Below are positions 52,116-64,000 of a stretch of DNA of 64,000 nucleotides, one piece after another. The translations under genes and the position numbers were made by a program. Origin of the DNA: Chrysomallon squamiferum (Eukaryota; Animalia; Mollusca); the NCBI GenBank assembly GCA_012295275.1, contig CM022679.1, positions 11,842,001 to 11,906,000 of the forward strand. The letters are read 5' to 3'. Each line of letters starts with the position of its first letter. Position 1 is the stretch's first letter. The notes under the pieces are model-generated. The model was given only the letters and a program-made list of their open reading frames with translations. It was not told where the DNA came from and searched no databases.

Positions 52116-55100
52116 TCGTATTATTTGTGATCTTGATTTTTAAATTTTATATTTGTTAGAATGAAATGCTGTGATTAGAATTGGAGGTTAAATTCCACAA
52201 CAACAACTACTAGTAGATCGAGGTACTGATCTGCTTTGTACAAATGTGACCTTCACCAATGTGACCTAGACCTTAGTCAGCCTGTCAGGTTGCTGAATCT
52301 ATCACAGTCGTGTTAATCACTTGCAGTAAGTTAGTCAACTCTGGCGAAGATCCTGAAATCATTACAAATAAACTATTAATTGTGTATCGGTGAACTTTCA
52401 ACTCATTTTGAAATTGTTTAACGTTTACAAGTATTACTCTGTAATGCATAATAAAGGCCAGCAAAAAAAAAAAAAAAAATAATAATAATAATAATAATAA
52501 TAACAATAATAACAATAATAATAATCAGAAAAAGAAGGATAATAATAAAAATAATAATTTTACTATTAGTCTTGGCTGTAGAATTATAATTAGAAAAAAA
52601 AAAAATGTACGTCAACTGACTTTGTTAACAATATGATACATCCTGTTGAAAACCGGTTCTATTCATATACACCTGTACCCCAGTGTTGTTAAAGTTAGGT
52701 GAATAGGCTGCTTTTTTTTTTTTTTTTTTTTTTTAATGCATGGATAACCATATAAACTTCCTGGTATTACTAACAATATAGTCATCGTGTCAAACTGATC
52801 CTAAAAAAGATCCGCGAAAAAAGCGCGTAGACCTGCCATTTTGTTTTCTCAGTGATGCATAGAAATTAAACTGACGCTTGTACCCTTATCTAGATAGTGA
52901 ATAACATTTGGAGACAAATTACAAAATCTTTGTACAAAACAGTCTTATGCTGAGATAGTATTTAATATGTTTAGAAAAATCGTCTAAATTAATTAATTAA
53001 TTTTATGTTTGTATTGAAATTAATAATATCCCTCAAAAAAGCGTTTAGGCTTTTCAATATCATTTTATTTTTTATTTTCGACAGATCAGAAATTTTAAAT
53101 GTACAATAAATAAATAAAATTCTCTAATCAGTCAAAAAAAAAAAAAAAATAATAATAATAATTTAATAATAATAATAATAAATAAATAAATAAATAATAA
53201 TAAAAAAAATAAAATAAAATAAAATAAAATAAAATAAAATAAAATAAATTAAAAAATACGAAAAAGAAAACAAAAAGAAATTTCTAGTTGTTACAAAGCA
53301 TGACCGATATGAAACTAAAGAGTGTTGGTCGTTTTCCCAAGGTTTTATTAATATCCTTGTATATTAGTGAACGTCTTAGCTGCATTTTATATTTCGCAGA
53401 CATGACTGCAAAACAAATTATTCTAGTGATATTATCTAACAATGCTCTTTTATTCAAACTAATTTTCAAATCACCTAGGTAGCTTCTAAGTGCAGAATTT
53501 TTAGATGACTTCACCTTTCAACGAAGTACATCAGGAAGACAGTTTAGACTACTGACAATAATAAAACTTGTCTGATCTAATTTACCATTTAGACGGCCCC
53601 ATCCTGTTACGTGACAGAGGCTTCCCTCAAAACTTTCTCCAGCTTTTGGAATTATCCCAGCTTCTATGCCAGGATCATTTAAATCCAGCGGTGTCTCTAG
53701 AATTCCAATGGCCAGATCATTATATAAGGTGTCCGAACCTGTATTGAATTCTTCGTGCTGAAATAACGAAAGTGAAATTACTGATTTTATTGAATGTGAA
53801 AGAGATAAATGTTTTCATATTCCAGTACATATTAATGGTCTTTCGCACAGCACATTTTGAAATTGTTAAATATTATTTTCAGAACTGTTAAAGCCTTTTT
53901 CTTGATTAATAATCTTCGCCACATTTGTTTGTATTATTTATTTAAAACCTTATGTTTTATTAGTGCAAATATGTTAGGGTCTGTTTAAACAGTCATTCAT
54001 TAATTCATTTAAGAATTATATAAATAAGGCCAGATAATAACGATATCACCGGTATGGCGGTAATGTGTTTCTTCTCTTCAGTCTGTAGTTATAACATTAA
54101 AATAGATTGAGGTTTATTTAAATGTTTTTAATCTATCCATCTATCTCTTTCTGGCGACATATGTACGAACATACCTACCACACTGCCTGTCTACCAAGCA
54201 ACCTACATATCTATATACCTGTCTTTGTGTCTGTCTTTCTGTCTATCTGCTTATTTGTCTGTTTGTCTGTGTGTATGTATGTCAGCATGTCCCTATAGCT
54301 ACCTATCTATATACATGTCTAAATTTTGTTTTGTAGCTATTGCTGTTCATAGATTTTCTTGCCATATGTACATCCGCAAGAGTAACAGGAACACTTTGAG
54401 TTCTGTCTGATTTGCCAGCCACTACTGAAAATAAATGAATTCTGTAAAATAAAATAAAGTTTTATTAATTTAGATATCCACATCAACTTTGTCAACATTA
54501 AGAGGAAACTAACTATTTAAATTTTTAAACTTTTTGTTTAATTTCAGATTGGATTAATATTATTTTGTTTATAAAGAATTTGTCTTTACTTGTCATATAC
54601 GTTTTATTTCTTTTTACAGAATAAAATATATTTTCCTTTAATTTTAATATATTATATAAATAAGGGAATTAGATATCAAATATTCTTACTCTCGACCATC
54701 CATGCACTGTGCTGACGTTAATATCTTAGTACTCCCACATAGTGTACGCTTGAGTATCTCAATGAAGAGGTGTACGGATAGTCAGCAATGTCTGCGTCAG
54801 AACCACCAACTATATAAGATGTTGGATCTGCACATACTGAACCTATATATTATTTTAAATCATAAATTAATGCTAACTGTTACTAATATTACTAACAGAA
54901 GCCCTGTATGTAATACTAAATATACTGTATGGTTTTTAAATTAAATACATTTTTGACTGTCACAACTTTTTTTAAACTTCCCTAACCCTAACCCTGGCCC
55001 TAGAAATAGCATTAACTATAACCGTAGCCAGAACCTTACTTGTAACATTATGATAAATTCATAATTTATTGAAAAAAGTTATTTTAATATTTATCCGAAA

Positions 55101-56429
55101 ACTCATAGCAGATTTTCCCATGATTTTAATACATGAAATAAAAATTATTTATAAATTTATCCTGACACTCATGACCAAATATTCCAAGTCTTATATGAAA
55201 AGTCTCTTCAGATAAATCTATGCTAAATCTATAGCTAATCCTGCAAGAAAAGCCTAAGACTAACAAAAACACAGAAACTGCAAACAAATGCATGTACGTC
55301 CATATTCATGTATACAAAAATATTCACGAGCATATATAATAAAGATTTGCAAACAAACAACAACAACAACAAAAAATTCTGAGCTTACCAGCCAGCACCA
55401 GAAGATGTACAGTTTGAATTAAATAATAGTGACTTCGAACGATGTGGTTTTGAATTTTATATACCATCATTTGTCAGCTACTTGAAGTCAGGAATATATT
55501 AGTGGAACTGTTGACAACTTTTCTACTATTCCATATAAGGATAGCCATCTGTTATAATAAATTAAAAATATTAAAAGTTATTTAATAATAAAAGTAACTT
55601 TCGTTATATTTTTAGGAAAATTAATCTGTTATAAATGTTTTCAAATTCTAAATCTTACCACTGAGTAAGAGTCCGCTTCTTTCAGGTTGAAAACATAACT
55701 GAGATGCATCATAAAAAATAATAGCATTAGTCAATAAGCTGACAAAAGTTGATATTTTTTATAGTGAATTTATTTAATTAATTTTCTTGAAAAATGTATT
55801 CCTCAGATCCACATATATGTGGTATCTCTAAATTTCCTAACTGATTATCACTCAGCAGTAAAAGCTTATATCTAGACATTTTTTTTCATTTTCTTTAAGT
55901 CATTTATACTGTGTTGTACATTTTTTGAGTCTAAAAATAATCAGTATTAATCTATTGTTTCATTAGTATTCTGCATACATTATTTTATCTTCCTTTCTCT
56001 ATGTTTTTACTCTAATTTTCAAATAATTTTCTTCTCTATTGTTGTTAGATTTTGAAAACGAAAAGAAAGGAATATTGTTCTTTTCCTATCTGTGTTACAG
56101 GAAGTCATTCATTCATAAAGTACTTTTCGCTTTCTTCAGTGATTCATTGAGCTGCATAATCCTGAGATGAAGCCTATCCTTTAGAATGACTCTACATGCA
56201 GATAATAACTGAATAAAAACTTCAAGAATTAATCTTAACAACTGACAGCACTGTTTAAAATCAGCTTTTTTTTTTCTTTGATGAGTATTATGAACTAAAA
56301 TTATTTGACTGCATAGTTTTACCAGTTCTTCTATAAGGTAGCGAAATGTGGGGATTTGAAAATTTGACATAATTGGAAAAATTATATAACCAGTTTATGA
56401 AACTGTTATTACCTGTAAGGACATCTATT

Positions 56430-57285
56430 CCGTTATACTTTTTAAATGGAGAATTATAACGTTATCCGGTATAAATTACTGTAAAAGTAAGAATAATTAT
56501 TTATTGGTATCGAATGGTCATGGGAAAGCAGTCTACGTTTACATTACTAGTGTACAGACCATTACTGAATAATATTAGCAATACCATTTTTAATCACAAA
56601 TGGATATTACATGTTAAATCTATTCTCGATGATATTGGCTGTACATAATTGTGGCAATCACAGTTTCATGGTACCTCTAGTGATAAAATCGTGCAGTAAC
56701 ACAAGGTTTGTAAATCATTATTTACAATATTGGTACTCTTTCATTGCTAACTCATTCAGAACTTCTAATTATAAATTGTTTAAAAATACTGTCGCATTCG
56801 AGATATATTTCAACCTTATACAGAGAAATTACTGGTGCCCATTGTTACGGTTTAGAATTTCAAATCATAATCTTCCTTTTGAATCGGGAAGATGGAAAAA
56901 TATACCATTAAAAAATTAAATATGTCCACTGTGTAATAACTATGACATTGGAGATGAGTTTCATTATATATTTACATTTTTTTCAGAATCATAGGAACCA
57001 TTACCTACCATTTTTCTCTCAATCTAAACCAAGCATTTATAAATTTTATAAATTATTTAACTCTGACAAAACTGGGGTCCTTAGAAAACTTTCTATTTTC
57101 TATAATCTAATCATGAATTTTTTCATGATATATTGATAGAGTGTATATATTTTATTATTATGTACATTGTTGTAAATCCACCATTTTGTCATACTTGTTA
57201 TAACTGTTACAGTTATATTAAATTTTCTGTGAATGTATCCTCACATGCCGTAGACTACGGCCTGGATGTAAATAAAGTTCAGTTC
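56430..57285 (+). mobile_element. 3' fragment of a LINE retrotransposon (RTE-X-like C-terminus; clade tentative)
   Basis: YKLFKNTVAFEIYF...RFRISNHNLPFESGRWKNIPLKN*ICPLCNNYDIGDEFHYIF, a Zn-knuckle-like LINE ORF2 end. Terminates in aataaa-gttca-gttc. Confidence 0.8.
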
Positions 57286-57725
57286 GGTAGAGGAAGGACT
57301 TGTATATCCCAAATGAGTTTCAAGTCCCAGTTTCAAGGCGAATAGGCCGCATTACAGTCACTTACTACTTCTTTTTTTTTGTTGCACTTTTCCCCTGAAA
57401 TATAGATTTTTGTTTTTCCTTTCTTTTCTAAAACATGTCATATAAAAAATATTTAATTATATATCCAAATTAAAACAACTTTATCAGTCAAGTTCGGATA
57501 TGCTGTTTCATATAAATAATCATCAAATAAATATGTTGAGGGTCTCTTTAAAGAAATGTTGGTTTATTAATCCATGAACTTTTTGTCAGACCGTTTGTAA
57601 AAATATAATTTATTCCGTGACTGTGACAAAAATAATGAAAATTGAGAAGATGCTCGCTGCTTCCTTCGTATTATGAAATGTCTAATAGATTTACGATACG
57701 TTTCTTTTTAATGTATATGTGATGC

Positions 57726-57763
<38 letters not shown>

Positions 57764-58875
57764 CTTTTATTGAAAAAAATTTACAGTGGTTATTTTATCT
57801 AATGAGTGAATGCTTGTACCGACGATGATGATAAAGAAATTATCCATATCTGATGTAAAATAAACAAACCAAAAACAATTTCGCCATTAAGATATTATGT
57901 TATTGTCTGTGTATTATTATTATTTTATATTTATTATTTAGATATAACAGGTAGCTGTTTCTGGAGGAAAAAAACTGAAACAAATATTTAAAGTGTGTGT
58001 GTGTGTGTGTGTTGTTATTATGTGAACGTGTCTTTGTATGTGTTTGTTATTTATTTAATTTGGATGATATAAAACATGAAAAAAAAAAAATGAAAAAAGA
58101 GTAACACCAAAAAATACCGTTTATTTCATTTTATCTTTTTAATTTTGCCCTACATAGTGAACATTTTCTAAATGTGATGTACTTTGAGATAACCACCTTC
58201 TCAAGCCTTCTCTTATTTCATAAAATAAAAGTTATCTATTTTTAACACAACGAATCACGAGAATTCCAGTTTCAAAGGCGTTGTTCGTTCTCATTGTTAT
58301 ATCTTTTGTTTTCGTTCTTTCCATCGGTCGCAGCTAAACAATTCAAACGACACAATGGTTTAACCTATTTTAGAGTATCACATACATATTATTAATGTTG
58401 ACAAGAAAAGACGTATAATAAAAACTTCTATACGCCATTTATTTTCTACATCCTATGGGCTATATATATCTATATAATAGATAGATAGACATTTATATAA
58501 TCCTGAATTAGTCCACGTAACGCAGTAAGACTGATAAAATTTAATGAAACACTGGGTCATTTGTTAGTATTACTTTTTTCACTTTCAGTGTTTCGTGTAG
58601 CTGAATCAAGAAAACATGTAAATATATATTAAGATTGCTCTGAACATGTATATCGCTATATTTCTCAACTGTGTGAATTGCACGCATTGCTGATATTTTC
58701 TTTGATTACACGGATAACATTCTCAATTGTAATAATTGAGAATATATTACAAGACAACATGCATTTATTGGCAAAACTTAAGTATGTTGAAATATGTAAC
58801 TAAATTTGCAAATGACTGCCAACTTTTAGTTGAATATTTGGTTAACACTGCAGCACTAAATTAACCAATGGTTAT

Positions 58876-59088
58876 GTGTTTGTTTTTGTTTGTTTTTGTT
58901 TTGTTTTTGTTTGTTTTTTTGTTTATTAAAGACACATGTAAGTCAGGAGATATTTTCAAATGATTAGTTTGCTGGGTATATATAGACCAGTATCTAAATG
59001 TTCTTCTAACTGACTGGGTTTACCCAGAGGAATCGATCCAATAGCCCACAACATCTAGAGAGACGAACTACCTCTGAGTTACGGTCCC
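58876..59088 (-). mobile_element. Degenerate tRNA-derived SINE
   Basis: Minus strand starts gggaccgtaactcagaggtag (A-box-like), has ggatcgattcc (B-box-like), then a non-tRNA body, aataaa and an (aaaac)n tail. Confidence 0.62.
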
Positions 59089-60479
59089 AAAACAAACACG
59101 CTGGATATTTTAAAAATTAATTTAACTTTGAGGCATGTTAATAGTTTGACTTCTTTTTTTTTTTTTACACTGACGGTAGATTCAAGCATGACTGTCTTGA
59201 GCAACATCAATACTGTTAATCTAAAGTGGTTTGCTGCTTCCAATTTAAAAAAGATCATTGAACAGTGCATGCAAAAATAACCTTCGTAGTAAGCTATGTA
59301 GGATAAAGTCCTGAGACCAAATAATAATAATGTTATTATGTATAAATAAATTCTAAACAGAGACTTCCTATAACCACAGTAATAAAGTACCTTTTTCAGT
59401 AATAGTCTTAAAGGTGAAAAAATAAATAAAAATAAAAATAAATGAATAAATAAATACTACTACTACTGCTACTGGTTCTTCTATTACTACTACTGCTACT
59501 ACTATTACTATTAATGCTACTACATTACAACATAAATATCAAAATATATGAATAATTATTTCTAAGAAACAAACACCATATTAATATGACAAGACTTCAG
59601 CATAGTTTATTTTAACACTGACCACTTTCCTAGTGATGGTGATGTATGTATGGCATTTTAATTACAGTAAAAATGTAACACATTTATGAATATATCTTTG
59701 TTTTATGAAAATAAAACAAATAAACAGACAAACAAAATTATTCCGTATTAATCAGAAAAGAATGACTTTTGAAGTATGTAATACGAGAGTTATAGTCAGT
59801 TATACAATAAAAATCTGTGGACGACAATCGAAGCACTGTTGAAGCATAGAGTAACGCGAAAATATTGCTGGTTAGAGCTATAACGTCATAGTGTTTTGTC
59901 GTTACTTCATCTATGGATTTAAAATTCGTTGTCTGTAATAGTTAATATTTTGTACATTTTATTATCTGTTATGAAAATAAAGCTGAACAAGAAACATCTC
60001 ACTGTCGGATCGTTTTTCATTTACATAGTCGTGCTAATTCTTCCGTGTATTTTAGGGTCACATAGCTATTGCGTTGAGTTATTGTTAAAATCTATAGTCT
60101 GCTGTTTACTCCGAATAGGCAAGTCTCTTTTTTTAGCCAAGCATGAGAAATATGATCCTTTTTGCACGCTTCAGCAAACTTGGCTTTGGTGATTATATAA
60201 ATATTTAAAAAAAAAAAAATAAAAAAAAAAAAAATAATAAAAAAAAAGATAATAATAATAAAAATCTTTTATTGGTGTTTTTCTTTTACTAGAATAAAAA
60301 AAAAAAAGTACACAAAGCGCTTTAAAACATAATGTATAATTGTGACTCGTAAGTTAACATTATTTTTTTAAAACTTTTCTGTAGTTTCCTGGTACAGATT
60401 TTTGAAGCACGTGATCACGGTATTGGGTGGGGATAACAGTTATACAGTAGAACCTGGCGTGGACCGCTGGGAATTCAGA

Positions 60480-62733
60480 ATGGGGAGAAGTCAACATGGA
60501 TTTTTTTTATTCTTGCTGTATTTTTCCTATCCGGTATGTTTTGTTTGTTTCTTTTACTTTTAAAAACTAATGCTAATAAAATAAATTAATAGTTTATTGA
60601 AATGATAATGTATCTTCCTTTCCAAAAAAACATTGTTAAACATAAATGGCTCTTTCGTTCTGATAGATTTAATTTTACTAAAAAAACTAAATTTATAACA
60701 TACTGGTTAATCATTTACTAATAAAACAAACTTTCAAACGTATTTTAGGATATTCTGGCTATATCTGGAAACGTTAAACTTTGTTTGTCTCTTAAAGTAT
60801 AAAATATTTTTTTCCAGACTCTTTTATATTATTACGTTTATTATTTTTATCATCACTGTTATTTACGAATAACTAATAATATACATGTTACAATTTGCTT
60901 GGTTGCTTTTGTTTGAAAGACTTTGAATATTTGAAAATAATGAGATGCATATTAATAAATAATAATAATAGTAAAAAAAAAAACGAAGCATAAAATTATT
61001 AGAAGAAAGAATTTTATCATTCACAAAGTATCAACTCCTGCATATACAATTACACATATTGTGAAGCAGATTTCACTGTATTTTAAACTCGTAGTGTCGA
61101 GGCAATGCCTCTTGTAGTACAGCACAAAAAACGCAGATTGAAAGAACTTCACTTTTAATGAATGAAACATCATCTGGGAAAAGCGATAGACTTTACATAA
61201 TTACATATAATGGCGTAGATATTACAAATGGTGTGTAAATGATGATGTCTTAAAACTACTAGTACTAGTAATGGCTGAACTTATTCTATTTAACAGTAAT
61301 TTTTGACTGCCTTGTCGAGATAGAAACGAGAAATTATTAAACATATGTAATTAAAATATAAACATCTCAATGCAATACATGAAATACACTTTAACAATAA
61401 ATGAAATATAGATTTGGGTATGGTATGTGAGTGAAATAAAGATGATTAATTATCAAAGATTTGTTTTTGCTTTCTGTCAGCAAAGTTTCTTGGATTGCTG
61501 TGACAAGACCTGTCGAACAAACAAAACTGGGGACCATTCCCCAGCTCTCTAGCAATTACCAATTTACTGGAATGTTAGAAAAATGTGAGCTTTTTTTTTT
61601 TTGGAATGAAATAGTAAAAGAATAATTGAGGCAAAAAATGGTCTGCTAGGGAGAGTTGTTTTCACAGTTTAGAGATATAATGGGTGTGATTTAGAAATAC
61701 TCTGTAATTGATATCCCGTCTTCTTGTTACATTTCTTCCTGCTTGGCAGGTTTCTTTGAAACAGAACTACTCTTAACCTTACAAAAGAATACAATATCTT
61801 ATCGTGACAGACTTAAAATATTTTAATGCTATATTCCAGCTTTCTTTTAGACTAAAACTTTTGGTTCGAAATATAGTATTTCAGACAGGCAACGCCCATA
61901 AGAGAAACCCCCCCAAAACCTGTTTATTTTATATTTGATATTATATAACATCTATGCAGTAGAATACTGAATCAATATTTCAGTAACAAACACTAAATAA
62001 AACATATTTCAAACTACATAAATTAGTGAAGAATTTAGAATTTGTGATGTTTCCTTTTTGTGACACACCCTGTTATATATTCCATGAAGACAAACAGATT
62101 TGTTTCGCTAAATTAGTTTTGAAAACGTGATCATAGTGTTAGTAAATACAAATCATCGTCTTTTTTTTAAATCTGTAATTCTGTAAATAGATATATAATT
62201 TCCTTATGCTTCTTATTGCTTATTAGGATACAAAACTAAAAAGGTTTTAATTTAATAGAATTCTGGAGTCTGGCTTAGAGAATGGCCTGTAAGATGTTTT
62301 AAAAAGGATCATTTGTTGTTATGGTGTTCTACGCATTACAAAATATTTAGATGGAATTTTTTCTAACAGTGCTACTAGGAAAACTAACCAAAGGACTTTG
62401 AAAACAGTGCTATCGATTTTCATGCTTGATTAAATAAAATTAGCAAAAACAATATATATTTCATAGTCTAACAACATTTAGTAATCAGAAAACAAACACT
62501 AAAATAATAAATAAAATGAATATCTGAATAGCTGTTAGTACAACCTCCTTTTTAGATAAGCATATGCTTTTTAATAAACACACAATTTGAGCATTAAAGA
62601 TGATGAAACATTGTACGTTGACCGCTCAATGGTGGAGATTCATTGTACGTTTGGTGGAAAACACCATCTCCACTCCATAACGAATAACAACAACAACAAC
62701 AATAACAAAAAATAATAATAAATTATAATATTA

Positions 62734-62774
<41 letters not shown>

Positions 62775-63102
62775 AATAATAATAATAATAAATTATAAGT
62801 GAAATGAAATAATAATAATGAAACTAATGGAATAAAAAATAAATAAATAAAATAACCCTAAAACAACAACAGTAACAACGACGAAAACATAAACATACAA
62901 ATTTTCCACTGCTATAATATTTTTAAATTCATGACTTCTAGTATTTACATAAAATGTTCTATATTACCCATCATCGAATTCAGTATCACTTTCATTTTCA
63001 GTTACTGTCAGAGTCCATCGATGATATGCATTACACAAAACTCGGTGATCTAGCATTTGGATGTCCACAAGGTGAGTAGTTTTGGAAAACTTTTCATTAT
63101 AA

Positions 63103-63164
<62 letters not shown>

Positions 63165-63839
63165 GAAAAATAATACGTGGGTTGACCTCATTTTGCTTTC
63201 TGCCGACAAATATTTTATTGTCATTCTAATGAAACTCACTGAAAGTTAAATTCATCATAATAATTGCACCATTCTTGAAGTTCTGCACCCATCACTGATG
63301 TTAGAAGGTTATAATTCATTTGAAAGAAAACAGGAACTACTACTAAAGCTAAGCATTTTTTTTTAAATAAATGTATTTTTTTAATAAAATTATTTGTTCT
63401 TATAACTGAAAAGTATAGTGTAGAACGGTCTGCTTCTGAAAAAAGGTTTTTTTTTTTTTGGAAAGGTTATATTCACTTTATTATTTTTTTTTTTTCCAGG
63501 TTGGAAGTCTTACGGAACTAACTGTTATCTTCTTGTAAATTTTTCAACGGATTTTGAAGAGGCAGAGAAAACATGTAAAAGGTCATTGATTTTGTATTTT
63601 AAAAAAATATTTAAAAAAAAAAAAAAAAAAACATCAAAATCATGAAAATTTTTTTTTTTGTTTTTTTTTTAATTTTGTTCTTTTTTTATATAATTACAAA
63701 TAATCTTTATAATTCTTTTTATATTTCAGCCTACAAGCAAATTCTTTAGGGATAGAAGATGACATTGAAAATCGGGAGATAGCACAGTTTGCAAAATCGG
63801 TTTTCAGATCCAGGTTCTGGAATGGACTCAAATTTTTAG
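60480..63839 (+). CDS. Signal peptide plus C-type lectin domain protein, 5' exons; continues beyond the window
   Basis: Exons 60480-60533, 63002-63071, 63500-63581 and 63730-63839 join as MGRSQHGFFLFLLYFSYP|LLSESIDDMHYTKLGDLAFGCPQG|WKSYGTNCYLLVNFSTDFEEAEKTCKS|LQANSLGIEDDIENREIAQFAKSVFRSRFWNGLKFL, the long-form CTLD pattern. The first exon is less certain. Confidence 0.82.
63103..63161. repeat. (TAA)n microsatellite in a lectin-gene intron
   Basis: Perfect aat run. Confidence 0.93.
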
Positions 63840-64000
63840 GTATTATCTGTTTAATTTAATCTTTGTTGCCTTTATAAAATATTCTTTACCTTGAATTTAG
63901 AATTTTAGGATAAATGATGTAAAATACACTTTTTGCAAAAGCAGTGGATTTCTTCATGAAATAAGGTGTCAAGGTGATGGTCTAAAAATCAAAATAGCCA

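Noticed and set aside
54980-55040. cctaaccctaaccc telomere-like repeats
   Set aside because: Only about two units that decay at once; not a telomere, and too little to call a Helentron-type element.
56113-56370. 85-aa minus-strand ORF next to the LINE fragment
   Set aside because: No recognisable motif or splice context; could be TE debris but is unsupported.
59010-59088. Possible tRNA gene
   Set aside because: The boxes are degenerate, there is no convincing cloverleaf, and it continues into a body and simple-repeat tail, so it is better explained as a SINE.

Overview
AT-rich, intron-containing animal genomic DNA with many microsatellites; it looks invertebrate, possibly molluscan, but the taxon is inference only. 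(1) 376-36542 (+): the 3' part, about 47 GT-AG exons that join in one frame, of a giant type-I membrane protein. Domain order is ~14 EGF (one interrupted by a PAN/apple exon), pentraxin/LamG, HYR, sushi-like, SEA-like module, 19 one-exon ephrin-receptor-like (GCC2_GCC3) Cys repeats, a second SEA-like module with a furin site, a short Cys repeat, EGF, TM, and an NPxY tail. This resembles the C-terminal half of Uninflatable/SVEP1-type proteins. (2) One intron holds a decayed antisense Ngaro/DIRS tyrosine-recombinase retrotransposon (RT, RNase H, YR, SGNH hydrolase, terminal direct repeats) with a nested MITE; another intron holds a MULE transposase fragment. (3) 42876-44388 (-): a small phase-coherent four-exon relic. 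(4) 47237-55696 (-): two tandem six-exon trypsin-fold genes with substituted catalytic residues and disabling lesions, a duplicated exon and a Tigger-type element. (5) A LINE 3' fragment and a tRNA-derived SINE. (6) From 60480 (+): the start of a signal-peptide plus C-type lectin gene that runs off the window. No prokaryotic systems, CRISPR arrays or rRNA genes were seen. All calls come from reading the sequence by eye; no searches were run.
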